The notes beneath the pieces are model-generated. The model was not told the DNA's origin and made no database searches. It saw only the letters and a program-made list of their open reading frames with translations. Shown here in pieces: positions 1 to 10,724 of a stretch of 64,000 nt of DNA. This stretch comes from Alphaproteobacteria bacterium (lineage in GTDB: Bacteria; Pseudomonadota; Alphaproteobacteria; UBA828): NCBI GenBank assembly GCA_963422645.2, contig CAXXVO010000007.1, forward strand, positions 288,001 to 352,000, given 5' to 3'. Position 1 is the first letter of the stretch. Each line of letters opens with the position of its first letter. A program made the position numbers and the translations under genes.

Positions 1-2
1 CC

Positions 3-758
3 GCCCCGCCGCTCGATGAGGCCGATGCCGAGATGGTGCGGGCGGCGGTCGTTTATCGCGATGCCGACATGATCGTGCTCGACAAGCCGCCGGGCCTCCC
101 GGTGCAGGGAGGCAGCAAGGTCGGACGCCACCTCGACGGGCTGCTCGGTGCGCTCCGCTTCGATGCGGCTGAAGCACCCCGCCTGGTCCACCGGCTGGAT
201 CGCGACACCAGCGGGATCCTCCTGCTCGCCCGCCACGCGGCGGCGGCGCGGGAACTCACGGCCCTGTTCCGATCGCGCAGCCTGCGCAAGCTCTATTGGG
301 CGCTCGTCGTGGGCGTACCGAAGCCCCCACAGGGGCGGATCGATGCGCCGCTCGCCAAGCGGCAGGTGGGCGCGGGCGAGCGTGTGGTCGCGACCGCCGA
401 AGGAGGCCAGCGCGCGATCACGGACTATGCGCTGATTGAAACAGCCGGCCGGCGAATCGCCTGGATTGCGCTCATGCCGCGCACGGGCCGCACCCATCAG
501 CTCCGGGCCCACACCGCCTCGGTCTTCGGCCATCCCGTCGTGGGCGACGGCAAGTATGGCGGCGAGGCGGCGTTCCCGGCAGGCTTCGAGCCGCGCCTGC
601 ACCTCCACGCCCGCGCGCTCGAACTGCCACGCGAGCGCCGGGCGCCGCTGGTCCTCACCGCGCCGTTGCCGCCGCACATGGTTGCCGCGTGGCGCTTTCT
701 CGGCTTCGATCCGGCGCCCGCCGACGACCAGTTCGCACCCTTCGAGGACGCGCCGTGA
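3..758 (+). CDS. RluA-family pseudouridine synthase (5' part outside window)
   Basis: HRLDRDTSG catalytic motif, TGRTHQLRAH, GDGKYG; frame open from the window edge. Confidence 0.93.
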   Translation, partial: APPLDEADAEMVRAAVVYRDADMIVLDKPPGLPVQGGSKVGRHLDGLLGALRFDAAEAPRLVHRLDRDTSGILLLARHAAAARELTALFRSRSLRKLYWALVVGVPKPPQGRIDAPLAKRQVGAGERVVATAEGGQRAITDYALIETAGRRIAWIALMPRTGRTHQLRAHTASVFGHPVVGDGKYGGEAAFPAGFEPRLHLHARALELPRERRAPLVLTAPLPPHMVAAWRFLGFDPAPADDQFAPFEDAP

Positions 759-1465
759 ACGCGGCCAAGCCGAAGCGCTTCTACGAGACAGCCGAGGCGG
801 TCGAGGCCGCAGGCGGATACGGGATCGCGCTCGACGGCAAGCCGGTGCGCACACCGGCGGGCCGGCCGCTGGCGATGCCCGGCGCGGCGCTCGCGGGCGC
901 TGTCGCCGAAGAGTGGGCAGCGCAGGGCGAGACCATCGATCGCGAAACCATGCCGCTGACCCGTCTCGCCTGCACCGCGCTGGACCTGGTGCCGGAGCGG
1001 CGGGCCGACATCGTGGCCGAGGTCGGATCTTACGCCGAGACCGACCTCGTCTGCTATCGGGCCGACGAGCCCCCGGCTCTCGCCCGCCGTCAGGCCGCCG
1101 CGTGGCAGCCGCTGGTGACGTGGGCTGCGGCACGCCACGGCGCCCACCTTGCGCTCACGAGTTCGATTACCCCCATTGCCCAGGCGCCGGAGGCGCTCGA
1201 AGCCCTGCGGGACGCGGTTGCGGGCGAGGACGATTTCGCCCTCGCCGGGCTCAGCCTCGCGACCCGCAGCTTCGGCTCGCTGGTGATCGCGCTCGCCATG
1301 CGCGGGGGCCGGCTCGACGCGCGGGCCGCCGCCGACGCTTCGCTGGTCGACGAGCGCTATCAGCTCGAGCGCTGGGGCGAAGACGCGGAGCTTGTCGCCC
1401 GCTGCGCCCGCGTCGCCCGAGACGCGGCCGATGCCGAACGCCTGTTTCGCCTGCTCGCTGACTGA
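755..1465 (+). CDS. ATP12-family F1-ATPase assembly chaperone
   Basis: KRFYE...LDGKPVRTP...MPLTRL...TDLVCYRA...QLERWGED; GTG start overlaps upstream TGA (GTGA). Confidence 0.9.
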   Translation: MNAAKPKRFYETAEAVEAAGGYGIALDGKPVRTPAGRPLAMPGAALAGAVAEEWAAQGETIDRETMPLTRLACTALDLVPERRADIVAEVGSYAETDLVCYRADEPPALARRQAAAWQPLVTWAAARHGAHLALTSSITPIAQAPEALEALRDAVAGEDDFALAGLSLATRSFGSLVIALAMRGGRLDARAAADASLVDERYQLERWGEDAELVARCARVARDAADAERLFRLLAD

Positions 1466-1572
1466 CCGCATGCCTCGGATGGCGCGGTGATGCTTGCATC
1501 CGGCGGGCCCTGCGGATAGGGTGGCGCGCCGCCGGGCCGGGGCCGGTTCGGCTCACATGAGGAGTGCGACCT

Positions 1573-2010
1573 ATGGCACGCGTGACGGTCGAAGATTGCG
1601 TTGGCTTGGTGCCGAACCGCTTCGAGCTGGTGCTGCTCGCCGCGCAGCGCGCCCGCGATATTCGCTCGGGCGCGGACCTCACGGTCGAGAAGGACAACGA
1701 CAAGAACGCCGTCATCGCACTCCGCGAGATCGCCGAGGAGACCATCGATCTCGATACGCTCCGCCATGAGCTTGAGCATGGGCGTGAAGTGGACACCGAC
1801 ATCGATGAGCCGGACGAGGATTCAATGGCGGTGCTGGCGGCCGAAGCTGCTTGGGCCGGCGTGACCGGCCAGACCCCGCCCGTCGAGGAGGAGGCCGCAG
1901 CGCCCGTCGAGGAGGAGGCCGCGGCGCCCGACGCGAAGGGCGAGCCGGCAGAAGAGCCGGCGATCGAGCCAGAAGCGGTAGCGGAAACGGCGGCGGAAAC
2001 AGAGGAATAG
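1573..2010 (+). CDS. rpoZ: RNA polymerase omega subunit with acidic C-terminal extension
   Basis: MARVTVEDC...[14 protein letters not shown]...[12 protein letters not shown]; GAGGAG RBS; upstream of spoT. Confidence 0.96.
   Translation: MARVTVEDCVGLVPNRFELVLLAAQRARDIRSGADLTVEKDNDKNAVIALREIAEETIDLDTLRHELEHGREVDTDIDEPDEDSMAVLAAEAAWAGVTGQTPPVEEEAAAPVEEEAAAPDAKGEPAEEPAIEPEAVAETAAETEE
1878..1930 (+). repeat. 24-bp in-frame tandem repeat (PVEEEAAA x2) in rpoZ tail
   Basis: gcccgtcgaggaggaggccgcagc / gcccgtcgaggaggaggccgcggc. Confidence 0.9.
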
Positions 2011-2095
2011 CGCCGGCCGGCGGCGCATCGGGCGCGGCAGGGCCGCCGCCCGCACTGGGGGTTTCCGCCGGCGCCGGCCGGGCGCGTCAGCGGAC

Positions 2096-4246
2096 GTGAT
2101 CCGGCAATACGAACTCGTTGAACGCGTCAAGAGCTACGAGCCCTCAGCGGACGAAGCTCTGCTGAACCGCGCCTACGTCTTCTCCATGAAGGCGCACGGG
2201 ACACAGACCCGCGCCAGCGGCGACCCCTATTTCGCCCATCCCATCGAAGTCGCCGGCATCCTGACCGAGCTCAAGCTCGACAGCACCTCGATCGCGACGG
2301 CGCTGCTCCACGACACCGTGGAGGACACGGTCGCCACCATCGAACAAATCAGCGAACTCTTCGGCGAGGACACGGCGCGGCTCGTCGATGGCGTGACCAA
2401 GCTGAGCCGGCTGGAACTGCAGTCCGACCAGGCGCATCAGGCAGAGAATCTGCGCAAGTTCCTGCTCGCGCTCTCGGAGGATATCCGCGTCCTCCTGGTC
2501 AAGCTCGCCGACCGGTTGCACAACATGCGCACGCTGCACTTCGTGCCCGACGAGAAAAAACGGCAGCGGATCGCCAGGGAAACCATGGAGATCTACGCGC
2601 CGCTCGCGGAGCGCATCGGGCTTCAGGCCTTCAAGGCGGAGCTCGAAGATCTCGCTTTCAAGGAGCTCAATTCCGACGGCTTCCACACCGTGGAGACACG
2701 GCTCAAGGCGCTCCGCGAAGAGGCCGGCGGCATGGTGGAGCGGGTCACCGAATCGCTCACCGGGACTCTCCGGAATCACCGATTGCGTGCCGCCGTCTCC
2801 GGCCGCGAGAAGCGTCCCTACTCCATTTGGGAGAAGATGCAGCGCAAGAAGCTGGCTTTCGAGCAGCTGACCGACATCGTCGGCTTCCGCGTCGTCACCG
2901 ACAGCGAGGAGGATTGCTACCGGGCGCTCGGCATCGTGCACCGCACCTACCCGATGGTGCCGGGCCGCTTCAAGGACTACATCTCGACGCCCAAACCCAA
3001 CGGCTACCGCTCGCTCCATACCGCCGTGATCGGGCCCGAGCAGCGGCGTATCGAGATCCAGATTCGCACCCGCGACATGCACGAGGAAGCCGAGTACGGC
3101 GTCGCCGCCCATTGGCTGTTCAAGCAGGCGGGCGACGTTCACGACAACCGTCAGCAGCGCTGGCTGCGCCCGCTGCTCGAAATCCTCGACAAGGCCTCGG
3201 GCCCTGAGGAGCTGCTCGAGCACGCCAAGCTCGAGATGTTTCAGGACGAGGTGTTCTGCTTCTCCCCGCGCGGGGCCCTGATCACGCTCCCACGCGGGGC
3301 GACGCCGGTCGACTTCGCCTATGCGGTGCATACCGATGTGGGCGACACCACGGTGGGCGCCAAGGTCAACGGGCGCATGGTGCCGCTCTGGACCCAGCTG
3401 GAGAACGGCGATCAGGTGGAAATTCTGCGCTCGAGCGTGCCGCAGCCGCAGCCCGCCTGGGAGAGTTTCGTCGCGACTGGCAAGGCGCGGACCTGCATCC
3501 GCCGCTTTACCCGGCTCAAGGAGCGGGAGCAGTTCATCACCCTCGGGCGGGCCGTCGCAGAAAAACTATTTCGCGGGGCCGGCGCCGACTATTCGGAAGC
3601 GCTGCTGGAGGACGCTCTCTCCCGCCTCAAGCAGCGCTCCGTTACCGATCTTTTGGCTGCCCTCGGACGCGGCGATCTCACCAGCGGCGAAGTCGAGGAA
3701 GCCCTCTTCCCCGCCCGCAGTCTCCAGGGCATCGCGCGCCGCGCGCTCTCGGTCGCGCGCGGCCGGCGCGGCGCCAAGGCCGGCGACGCCGGCATCCCCG
3801 TGCGCGGACTGATCCCCGGCATGGCCGTGCATCTCGCCGAGTGCTGCAACCCGCTGCCCGGCGAGCGCATCGTCGGCATCGTCACCACCGGCAAGGGTGT
3901 GACGATCCACACCATCGACTGCGACACGCTGGAAAGCTTCAGCGACACGCCGGAACGCTGGCTCGATCTGGCCTGGGAGGCGGACGCGGACGAGATGGGC
4001 ATCCACGTCGGCCGCCTCAACCTGGTGGTCGCGAACGAAACCGGCAGCCTCAGCAAGCTGACCACGGCGATCGCCAAGAACAACGGCAACATCAGCAATC
4101 TCAAGATCACCAACCGCTCGCTCGATTTCTTCGAGATGCTGGTCGATGTCGAGGTCAAGGACGCGAGACACCTCGGCAATATCGTGGCCGCCTTGCGGGC
4201 GGTGACGTCGGTGAGCAGTGTCGAGCGCGAGCGCGCGCGCCACTGA
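2096..4246 (+). CDS. spoT: Bifunctional (p)ppGpp synthetase/hydrolase (RelA/SpoT homolog)
   Basis: HD motif LLHDTVED, KLADRLHNMRTL, KDYISTPKPNGYRSLHT, TGS and ACT domains. Confidence 0.96.
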   Translation: MIRQYELVERVKSYEPSADEALLNRAYVFSMKAHGTQTRASGDPYFAHPIEVAGILTELKLDSTSIATALLHDTVEDTVATIEQISELFGEDTARLVDGVTKLSRLELQSDQAHQAENLRKFLLALSEDIRVLLVKLADRLHNMRTLHFVPDEKKRQRIARETMEIYAPLAERIGLQAFKAELEDLAFKELNSDGFHTVETRLKALREEAGGMVERVTESLTGTLRNHRLRAAVSGREKRPYSIWEKMQRKKLAFEQLTDIVGFRVVTDSEEDCYRALGIVHRTYPMVPGRFKDYISTPKPNGYRSLHTAVIGPEQRRIEIQIRTRDMHEEAEYGVAAHWLFKQAGDVHDNRQQRWLRPLLEILDKASGPEELLEHAKLEMFQDEVFCFSPRGALITLPRGATPVDFAYAVHTDVGDTTVGAKVNGRMVPLWTQLENGDQVEILRSSVPQPQPAWESFVATGKARTCIRRFTRLKEREQFITLGRAVAEKLFRGAGADYSEALLEDALSRLKQRSVTDLLAALGRGDLTSGEVEEALFPARSLQGIARRALSVARGRRGAKAGDAGIPVRGLIPGMAVHLAECCNPLPGERIVGIVTTGKGVTIHTIDCDTLESFSDTPERWLDLAWEADADEMGIHVGRLNLVVANETGSLSKLTTAIAKNNGNISNLKITNRSLDFFEMLVDVEVKDARHLGNIVAALRAVTSVSSVERERARH

Positions 4247-4337
4247 GCGGGGCACGGCCCGACCCGGCGCAAATTGTAAGATTGTGGCCCTGGCCCTATG
4301 ATCCAGCCCCCCGGCCGGCCGCGGGCACGGGGCAAAC

Positions 4338-5687
<1,350 letters not shown>

Positions 5688-5829
5688 CGATACGCCGAGA
5701 GAATGGCGTCCCCGGGGTTATCGAAACTATTCCAGGGGTTTCCGACGCACGATCCGGCGCTGGCCGCTTGATATCGCGTCGCCGCGGGGCGGCGTTCGCG
5801 CGGATGCCGCTTGTGGAGGATGCCGGCCC

Positions 5830-6543
5830 ATGATCGACGCCCATTACTGGCCGACGCCGAACGGGTGGAAGATATCCATCGCACTCGAGGAGATGAATCT
5901 CGACTACCGGATCGTCCCCGTCAACATCTACCGGGGCGAGCAGTACGAGCCCGACTTTCTCGCCATCAGCCCCAACAACCGGATGCCGGCGATCGTCGAT
6001 CACGATCCGCAGGACGGCGGCGAGCCGCTCGCGGTGTTCGAGTCCGGCGCCATCCTGATCTACCTGGCGGAGAAGACCGGCCGCTTCCTGCCGACCGACC
6101 TGCGCAGGCGCAAGACCGTGCTCGAATGGCTGTCATGGCAGCTGGGCGGCCTCGGCCCGATGATCGGCCAGGCCGGTCACTTCAAGCTTTATGCGCCGGA
6201 GCGGATTCCCTACGCCATCGAGCGCTATCGCAGCGAAATGCTGCGGCTCTACGGCGTGCTCGACCGCAGGCTCGAGGGGCGCGAGTACATTGCCGACGAT
6301 TACTCCATCGCCGACATGGCCTGCTGGCCCTGGGTCATCACCTACAAGGGGCAGAAGGTCGACCTCGACGCGTTCCCCAACGTAAAGCGCTGGTACAAGG
6401 CGCTGCAGCAGCGTCCATCGCTCAGGCGCGGCTACGACGCCGGCAAGGAGCTCGGCAAGCTCAAGATGGAGTGGGACGAGGAAACCAAGCGGAACCTCCT
6501 GCCCGGCTACCGGCCGGCAAAGGCATCGGAAAGCGCCGCCTGA
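5830..6543 (+). CDS. Glutathione S-transferase family protein (YfcG-like)
   Basis: PTPNGWK, ISPNNRMPAIVD, FESGAILIYLAEK, YSIADMACWPW. Confidence 0.92.
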   Translation: MIDAHYWPTPNGWKISIALEEMNLDYRIVPVNIYRGEQYEPDFLAISPNNRMPAIVDHDPQDGGEPLAVFESGAILIYLAEKTGRFLPTDLRRRKTVLEWLSWQLGGLGPMIGQAGHFKLYAPERIPYAIERYRSEMLRLYGVLDRRLEGREYIADDYSIADMACWPWVITYKGQKVDLDAFPNVKRWYKALQQRPSLRRGYDAGKELGKLKMEWDEETKRNLLPGYRPAKASESAA

Positions 6544-6636
6544 CACACCACAGCTGACCCGGCCGAACGCGGGGCGTTCCGATCCGCTGCGCCGATCCGC
6601 TACTCCAATCCGCTGCGACGACCCGACAAGGCGCGC

Positions 6637-8472
6637 TCAGCCCGCGTCAGACCGCGCGGCGTCGATGGCGGCGAGGAAGGGTTCCGCGAACTGCTCCAGC
6701 TTGGCGGCGCCGACACCGTTGATCTCGGCGAACTCCTCTCTCGTTCCCGGCCGCCGGCGGACCATGTCGATCAGGGTGCGGTCGTGAAACACGGCATAGG
6801 CCGGCACATCGCGCTCCCTGGCCAGCTCTAACCGAAGCGCCTTGAGCGTGGCGAGCAGGCTTGCCTCTTCGTCGGTCAAGGCATCTCCGGGCTGTTCTTG
6901 CGTCTCGCCCTGTGCGGCCGAGGGGCGCCCGCCCACGCTATCGGCGCGGTAGTGGAAGGCGCCCTTGCCGCGCAAGAGGTCGAAACCCTCGTCGCTGATC
7001 GCGAGGCCGCCATAGCCCGCGATGTCGAGCCGCAGGAAGCCCGTCGCCACCAACTGGCGGATCAGCGAGCGCCAGTCGTTCTTGCCCCGACCGGCACCGA
7101 CCCCGAAGACCGGAAGCCGGTGATGGTTGAAGCGGACGATCTTCTCGGTCTCGCTGCCGCGCAGGATGTCGATCACGTGGGCCGCGCCGAAGCGCTGGCC
7201 GGAGCGCTGGACCGTCGACAGGATCGTCCGCGCCTCTTCGGTCCCGTCGCGGCGCTCGGCCGGGTGCAGGCAGCCGTCGCAGTTGCCGCACGCGCCGCTG
7301 CGCTCGCCGAAATACTCAAGCAGCACCACCCGCCGGCAGGCCGGCGCCTCGCAGTAGCCCAGCAGCGCGTCGAGGCGCTTGTGCTCGCGCCGCTTGCGCT
7401 CGGGCCCCGCGTCCTCCTGCTCGATGAACTGGCGGCGCATCCTGATGTCGTCGAGGCCGTAGAGCATGTGCGCCTCGGCCGGCGCGCCGTCGCGCCCGGC
7501 ACGGCCGATCTCCTGGTAGTAGGCCTCGACGCTGCCCGGCAGGTCGGTGTGGAAGACGAAGCGCACGTCCGCCTTGTCGATCCCCATGCCGAAGGCGATG
7601 GTGGCGACGATGACCACGCCGGGCTCGGTCATGAAGGCGTTCTGGTGGTCCTCCCGTTCATCCTTGCCCATGCCCGCGTGGTAGGGGAGCGCCCGCACGC
7701 CGTCTGTGGCCAGCATGGCGGCGGTTTCCTCCGTCTTTCGCCGCGACAGGCAGTAGACGATGCCGCTTTCGCCCTTATGGCGGGCGACGAAGCTGCGCAA
7801 CTGGCGCTTCCAGTCGCGCTTCATTTGCACCCTCAGCCTGATGTTGGGGCGGTCGAAGCCGAGCACAAACTGCTCGACCCGGCCGCCGAAGAGCTTGTCC
7901 GCGATATCGTCGCGGGTCACGACGTCGGCCGTCGCCGTCAGCGCCGCGATCGGGGTGCCGGGGAAGAGCGCGCGCAGCCGGCACAGGTCTTCGTATTCCG
8001 GGCGGAAGGCCGGGCCCCACTGGGAGATGCAGTGGGCCTCGTCGATGGCGAAGAGGACGACCGGCAGGCGGGCGAGCGCCTCCAGCATGCGCCCGGTCAT
8101 CAGCCGTTCGGGGGCCATGTAGAGCAGCCGCGTCTCGCGTGCCGCGGCGCGGCGCCAGGCGGCAACGTTTTGGCTGCGGTCATTCGCCGAGTTGATGCAG
8201 TCCGCCGCGACGCCCGCGAGCCTGAGCGCCGCCACCTGGTCCTGCATGAGCGCAATCAACGGAGACACGACGACGGTGAGCCCGTCCATGACCAGCGCCG
8301 GGATCTGGAAACAGAGCGACTTGCCCGAGCCGGTCGGCATGACGGTGAGCGCGTGGCGCCCGGCGAGCAGAGCAGCGATCACGGCTTCCTGGCCGGGCCG
8401 GAACTCCTCGAAGCCGAAGACCTCGCGCAGCACCCGGCGCGCCTCAAGAATGGGTTCTCCCGTCGTCGCCAT
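6637..8472 (-). CDS. recQ: ATP-dependent DNA helicase RecQ
   Basis: MPTGSGKS, DEAHCISQWG, ATIAFGMGIDK, QEIGRAGRDG, Zn-binding CGNCDGC, RQC and HRDC domains. Confidence 0.96.
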   Translation of the reverse strand: MATTGEPILEARRVLREVFGFEEFRPGQEAVIAALLAGRHALTVMPTGSGKSLCFQIPALVMDGLTVVVSPLIALMQDQVAALRLAGVAADCINSANDRSQNVAAWRRAAARETRLLYMAPERLMTGRMLEALARLPVVLFAIDEAHCISQWGPAFRPEYEDLCRLRALFPGTPIAALTATADVVTRDDIADKLFGGRVEQFVLGFDRPNIRLRVQMKRDWKRQLRSFVARHKGESGIVYCLSRRKTEETAAMLATDGVRALPYHAGMGKDEREDHQNAFMTEPGVVIVATIAFGMGIDKADVRFVFHTDLPGSVEAYYQEIGRAGRDGAPAEAHMLYGLDDIRMRRQFIEQEDAGPERKRREHKRLDALLGYCEAPACRRVVLLEYFGERSGACGNCDGCLHPAERRDGTEEARTILSTVQRSGQRFGAAHVIDILRGSETEKIVRFNHHRLPVFGVGAGRGKNDWRSLIRQLVATGFLRLDIAGYGGLAISDEGFDLLRGKGAFHYRADSVGGRPSAAQGETQEQPGDALTDEEASLLATLKALRLELARERDVPAYAVFHDRTLIDMVRRRPGTREEFAEINGVGAAKLEQFAEPFLAAIDAARSDAG

Positions 8473-8532
8473 CAGCTGCACCGCGCCGCCCTCACGTCAA
8501 TCACCGACAGGCGGGGCGACGCTCGTCCGCGC

Positions 8533-9291
8533 TCACCCCCGATGATCCTCGGCGGCATCCTGCGGCGAGAAGCCCAGCACCTCTGCGGCGTGGGAGAGAT
8601 CGCGATAGCCCCACTTGTTGTCGGACTGGATGAAGAAGATGTCGTAGCGGATCGATTCGTCCAGGTCGACGGCGCGTTCGATGGCGTCCACGACATCCCG
8701 CTGACTGCACCACACCGAGAACGTCCGCGCATCCACCGGCCGGTCTTCGGCGTTGACGAAGCCGATGCGCAGCGCGATGACGGAGAGATCGAAGCTGTCC
8801 GCGTAGTAGCGCGCGAGCGCCTCACCCCAGATCTTGGTACTCGCGTAAGGGCCTTTGGGGCGCGTCGCCATGTCATGGCGTATCCGCACCCAGTCGGCGG
8901 GCAGGTCGTCGTAGCGGCCTTCGACCAGCGCGCGATAGGGCTCTTCACGCTCCCAGCCGGCGACGGTCGCGCCGGAGCTGGCGAAGACCACGCGCCTGCA
9001 GCCGGCGAGCCGGGCCGCTTCGAGCACGTTGCGGGTGCCGATGATGTTGGTGTCCCGCAACTCTTCCCACGTGTGGCCATCGCCGGCCTTCGCCGCGAGG
9101 TGGATGACGGTGTCCCGGCCCTCGAAAGCGGGTCGGATCGCGTCGAGATCGGAGAGGTCCGCACGCACCGTGGCGACGCCGGGGACGTCGCTCCGATTGA
9201 GGGCGGTGAGCCGCGCACGGGGTTCCAGACGCTCGCGTACGGCCGTCCCGATAAGGCCGCTCATGCCCGTAATCAGAATATCCTGGGCCAC
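8533..9291 (-). CDS. NAD(P)-dependent epimerase/dehydrogenase (uronate-dehydrogenase-like SDR)
   Basis: ITGMSGLIG Rossmann motif, YASTK (YxxxK), LRIG. Confidence 0.85.
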   Translation of the reverse strand: MAQDILITGMSGLIGTAVRERLEPRARLTALNRSDVPGVATVRADLSDLDAIRPAFEGRDTVIHLAAKAGDGHTWEELRDTNIIGTRNVLEAARLAGCRRVVFASSGATVAGWEREEPYRALVEGRYDDLPADWVRIRHDMATRPKGPYASTKIWGEALARYYADSFDLSVIALRIGFVNAEDRPVDARTFSVWCSQRDVVDAIERAVDLDESIRYDIFFIQSDNKWGYRDLSHAAEVLGFSPQDAAEDHRG

Positions 9292-9483
9292 GCTTGGTTA
9301 TCCTTCTCCGACGCCAATTCGGTGCTGGTTCCAGGGCACCTGCTCCTGGTGTCAGTGGAATCGCCCCCGATGTCGGACCATTCCAACTCCAAGCCCGGAC
9401 CACTTCAACAACGGCGTGGCGAGACCCAAGGAGAGAGTCTGAGGCATCGGCCCGCTGGCGAGGGCCGAGGCGGCACTCATCGT

Positions 9484-9497
9484 ATGATTCAGGTCAA
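9484..9497. promoter_or_regulatory. Candidate FNR/FixK-type box upstream of the molybdoenzyme operon
   Basis: ATGAT-TCAG-GTCAA versus consensus TTGAT-N4-ATCAA (2 mismatches), about 120 bp upstream of the first gene. Confidence 0.45.
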
Positions 9498-9615
9498 ACC
9501 GCATGACGTGCCGGGTATGTAGCATTTGTTTCATGCATCGGCAGGCAGGGCGGCGCTACAATCGTTAGCAATTGGATTCGGCCGTGCGCACTTGGTGCGG
9601 CGCTAAGGAACCAGG

Positions 9616-10713
9616 ATGCGTGCGATGACACGGATATTCGGGCTGATCGTCGCGGGCATCCTCGGGCTTGGCGTCGCGGGAAGCGCCGCGCTGGCGGATG
9701 CTGGAGGGGCGATCGCGCCCAAGGAGGCCCCGCCTGCGCTCGCCGAACTGGGCAAGCGCTTGTTCTATGACGAGCGGCTTTCCGGCGACACCTCGCTCGC
9801 CTGCGCGAGCTGCCACCAGCCGGAATACGCGTTTAGCGACGGCGAGGCGCTTTCCGCCGCGTACACGGGTGCGAGTCACTTCCGCAACACGCCGACCCTT
9901 GCCAATGCCGGCCACCGCGCCGCGTGGATGCACGACGGCCGTCTCGGCACGAATCTCAACGACGTGACGCGCGAGATGATCACCGAGACGTATTTGATGA
10001 ACATGGACATGCGGCTGATGCAGGAGCGCCTGAAGCAGGACCCGGTCTATGTCGAGATGTTCGGCGCCGCGGGTCTGGGCGAGCCCTCCAACGGCGGGGC
10101 CCGCAAGGCGCTGGCGGCGTTCGTCGGCACCATCGTCTCGCGCGGCGCCGCCATCGACTCAGGCACCATGTCGTCAGCGGCACAGCGGGGCGCACTGCTC
10201 TTCGAGGGCCGCGCCGGCTGCGTGCAGTGCCATGCGGGCGCGCGCTTCACCGACGACAGCCCGCACAACACCGGCGTTCCCGACAACCCCGAGATCTGGG
10301 CGGATCCGGAACGGCACTCGGCCTTCGTCACCTATGCCAAGTTCATGGGTGTCGAGAACTACATGAACCTGCGCGAGGACCTCGGCGCCTACGTGCGCAC
10401 GCACCGGGACGAGGACAAGCGCAGCTTCCTCACGCCGACGCTGCGCGAGCTCACTTGGACCGCGCCCTATATGCATAACGGGGTGTTCGGGACCCTGGAG
10501 GAGGTCGTGGACTTCTACGACGCAGGGGGCGGTGACGATCCTCTGAAAGACGCGCGACTGAAGCCGCTCGGGCTGGTGCCGAGCGAGAAGGCCGACCTCA
10601 TCGCCTTCCTCCAGGCGCTGAGCGGCGAGACCTTCGACACCGACGAATACGTCTGGCGCGCGGACGACTACGACTACGCGCTGATCGAGAACTGGCGCAA
10701 CGAGCCGAACTAG
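9616..10713 (+). CDS. Di-haem cytochrome c peroxidase/MauG-family protein (IdrP-like)
   Basis: Signal peptide, LGKRLFYDERLS, CASCH, CVQCH, TPTLRE...TAPYMHNG. Confidence 0.9.
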   Translation: MRAMTRIFGLIVAGILGLGVAGSAALADAGGAIAPKEAPPALAELGKRLFYDERLSGDTSLACASCHQPEYAFSDGEALSAAYTGASHFRNTPTLANAGHRAAWMHDGRLGTNLNDVTREMITETYLMNMDMRLMQERLKQDPVYVEMFGAAGLGEPSNGGARKALAAFVGTIVSRGAAIDSGTMSSAAQRGALLFEGRAGCVQCHAGARFTDDSPHNTGVPDNPEIWADPERHSAFVTYAKFMGVENYMNLREDLGAYVRTHRDEDKRSFLTPTLRELTWTAPYMHNGVFGTLEEVVDFYDAGGGDDPLKDARLKPLGLVPSEKADLIAFLQALSGETFDTDEYVWRADDYDYALIENWRNEPN

Positions 10714-10724
10714 GGGAAGCCGCC

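Noticed and set aside
6898-9522. 874-aa plus-strand ORF
   Set aside because: Antisense shadow of recQ and the SDR gene in high-GC DNA; no recognisable motifs
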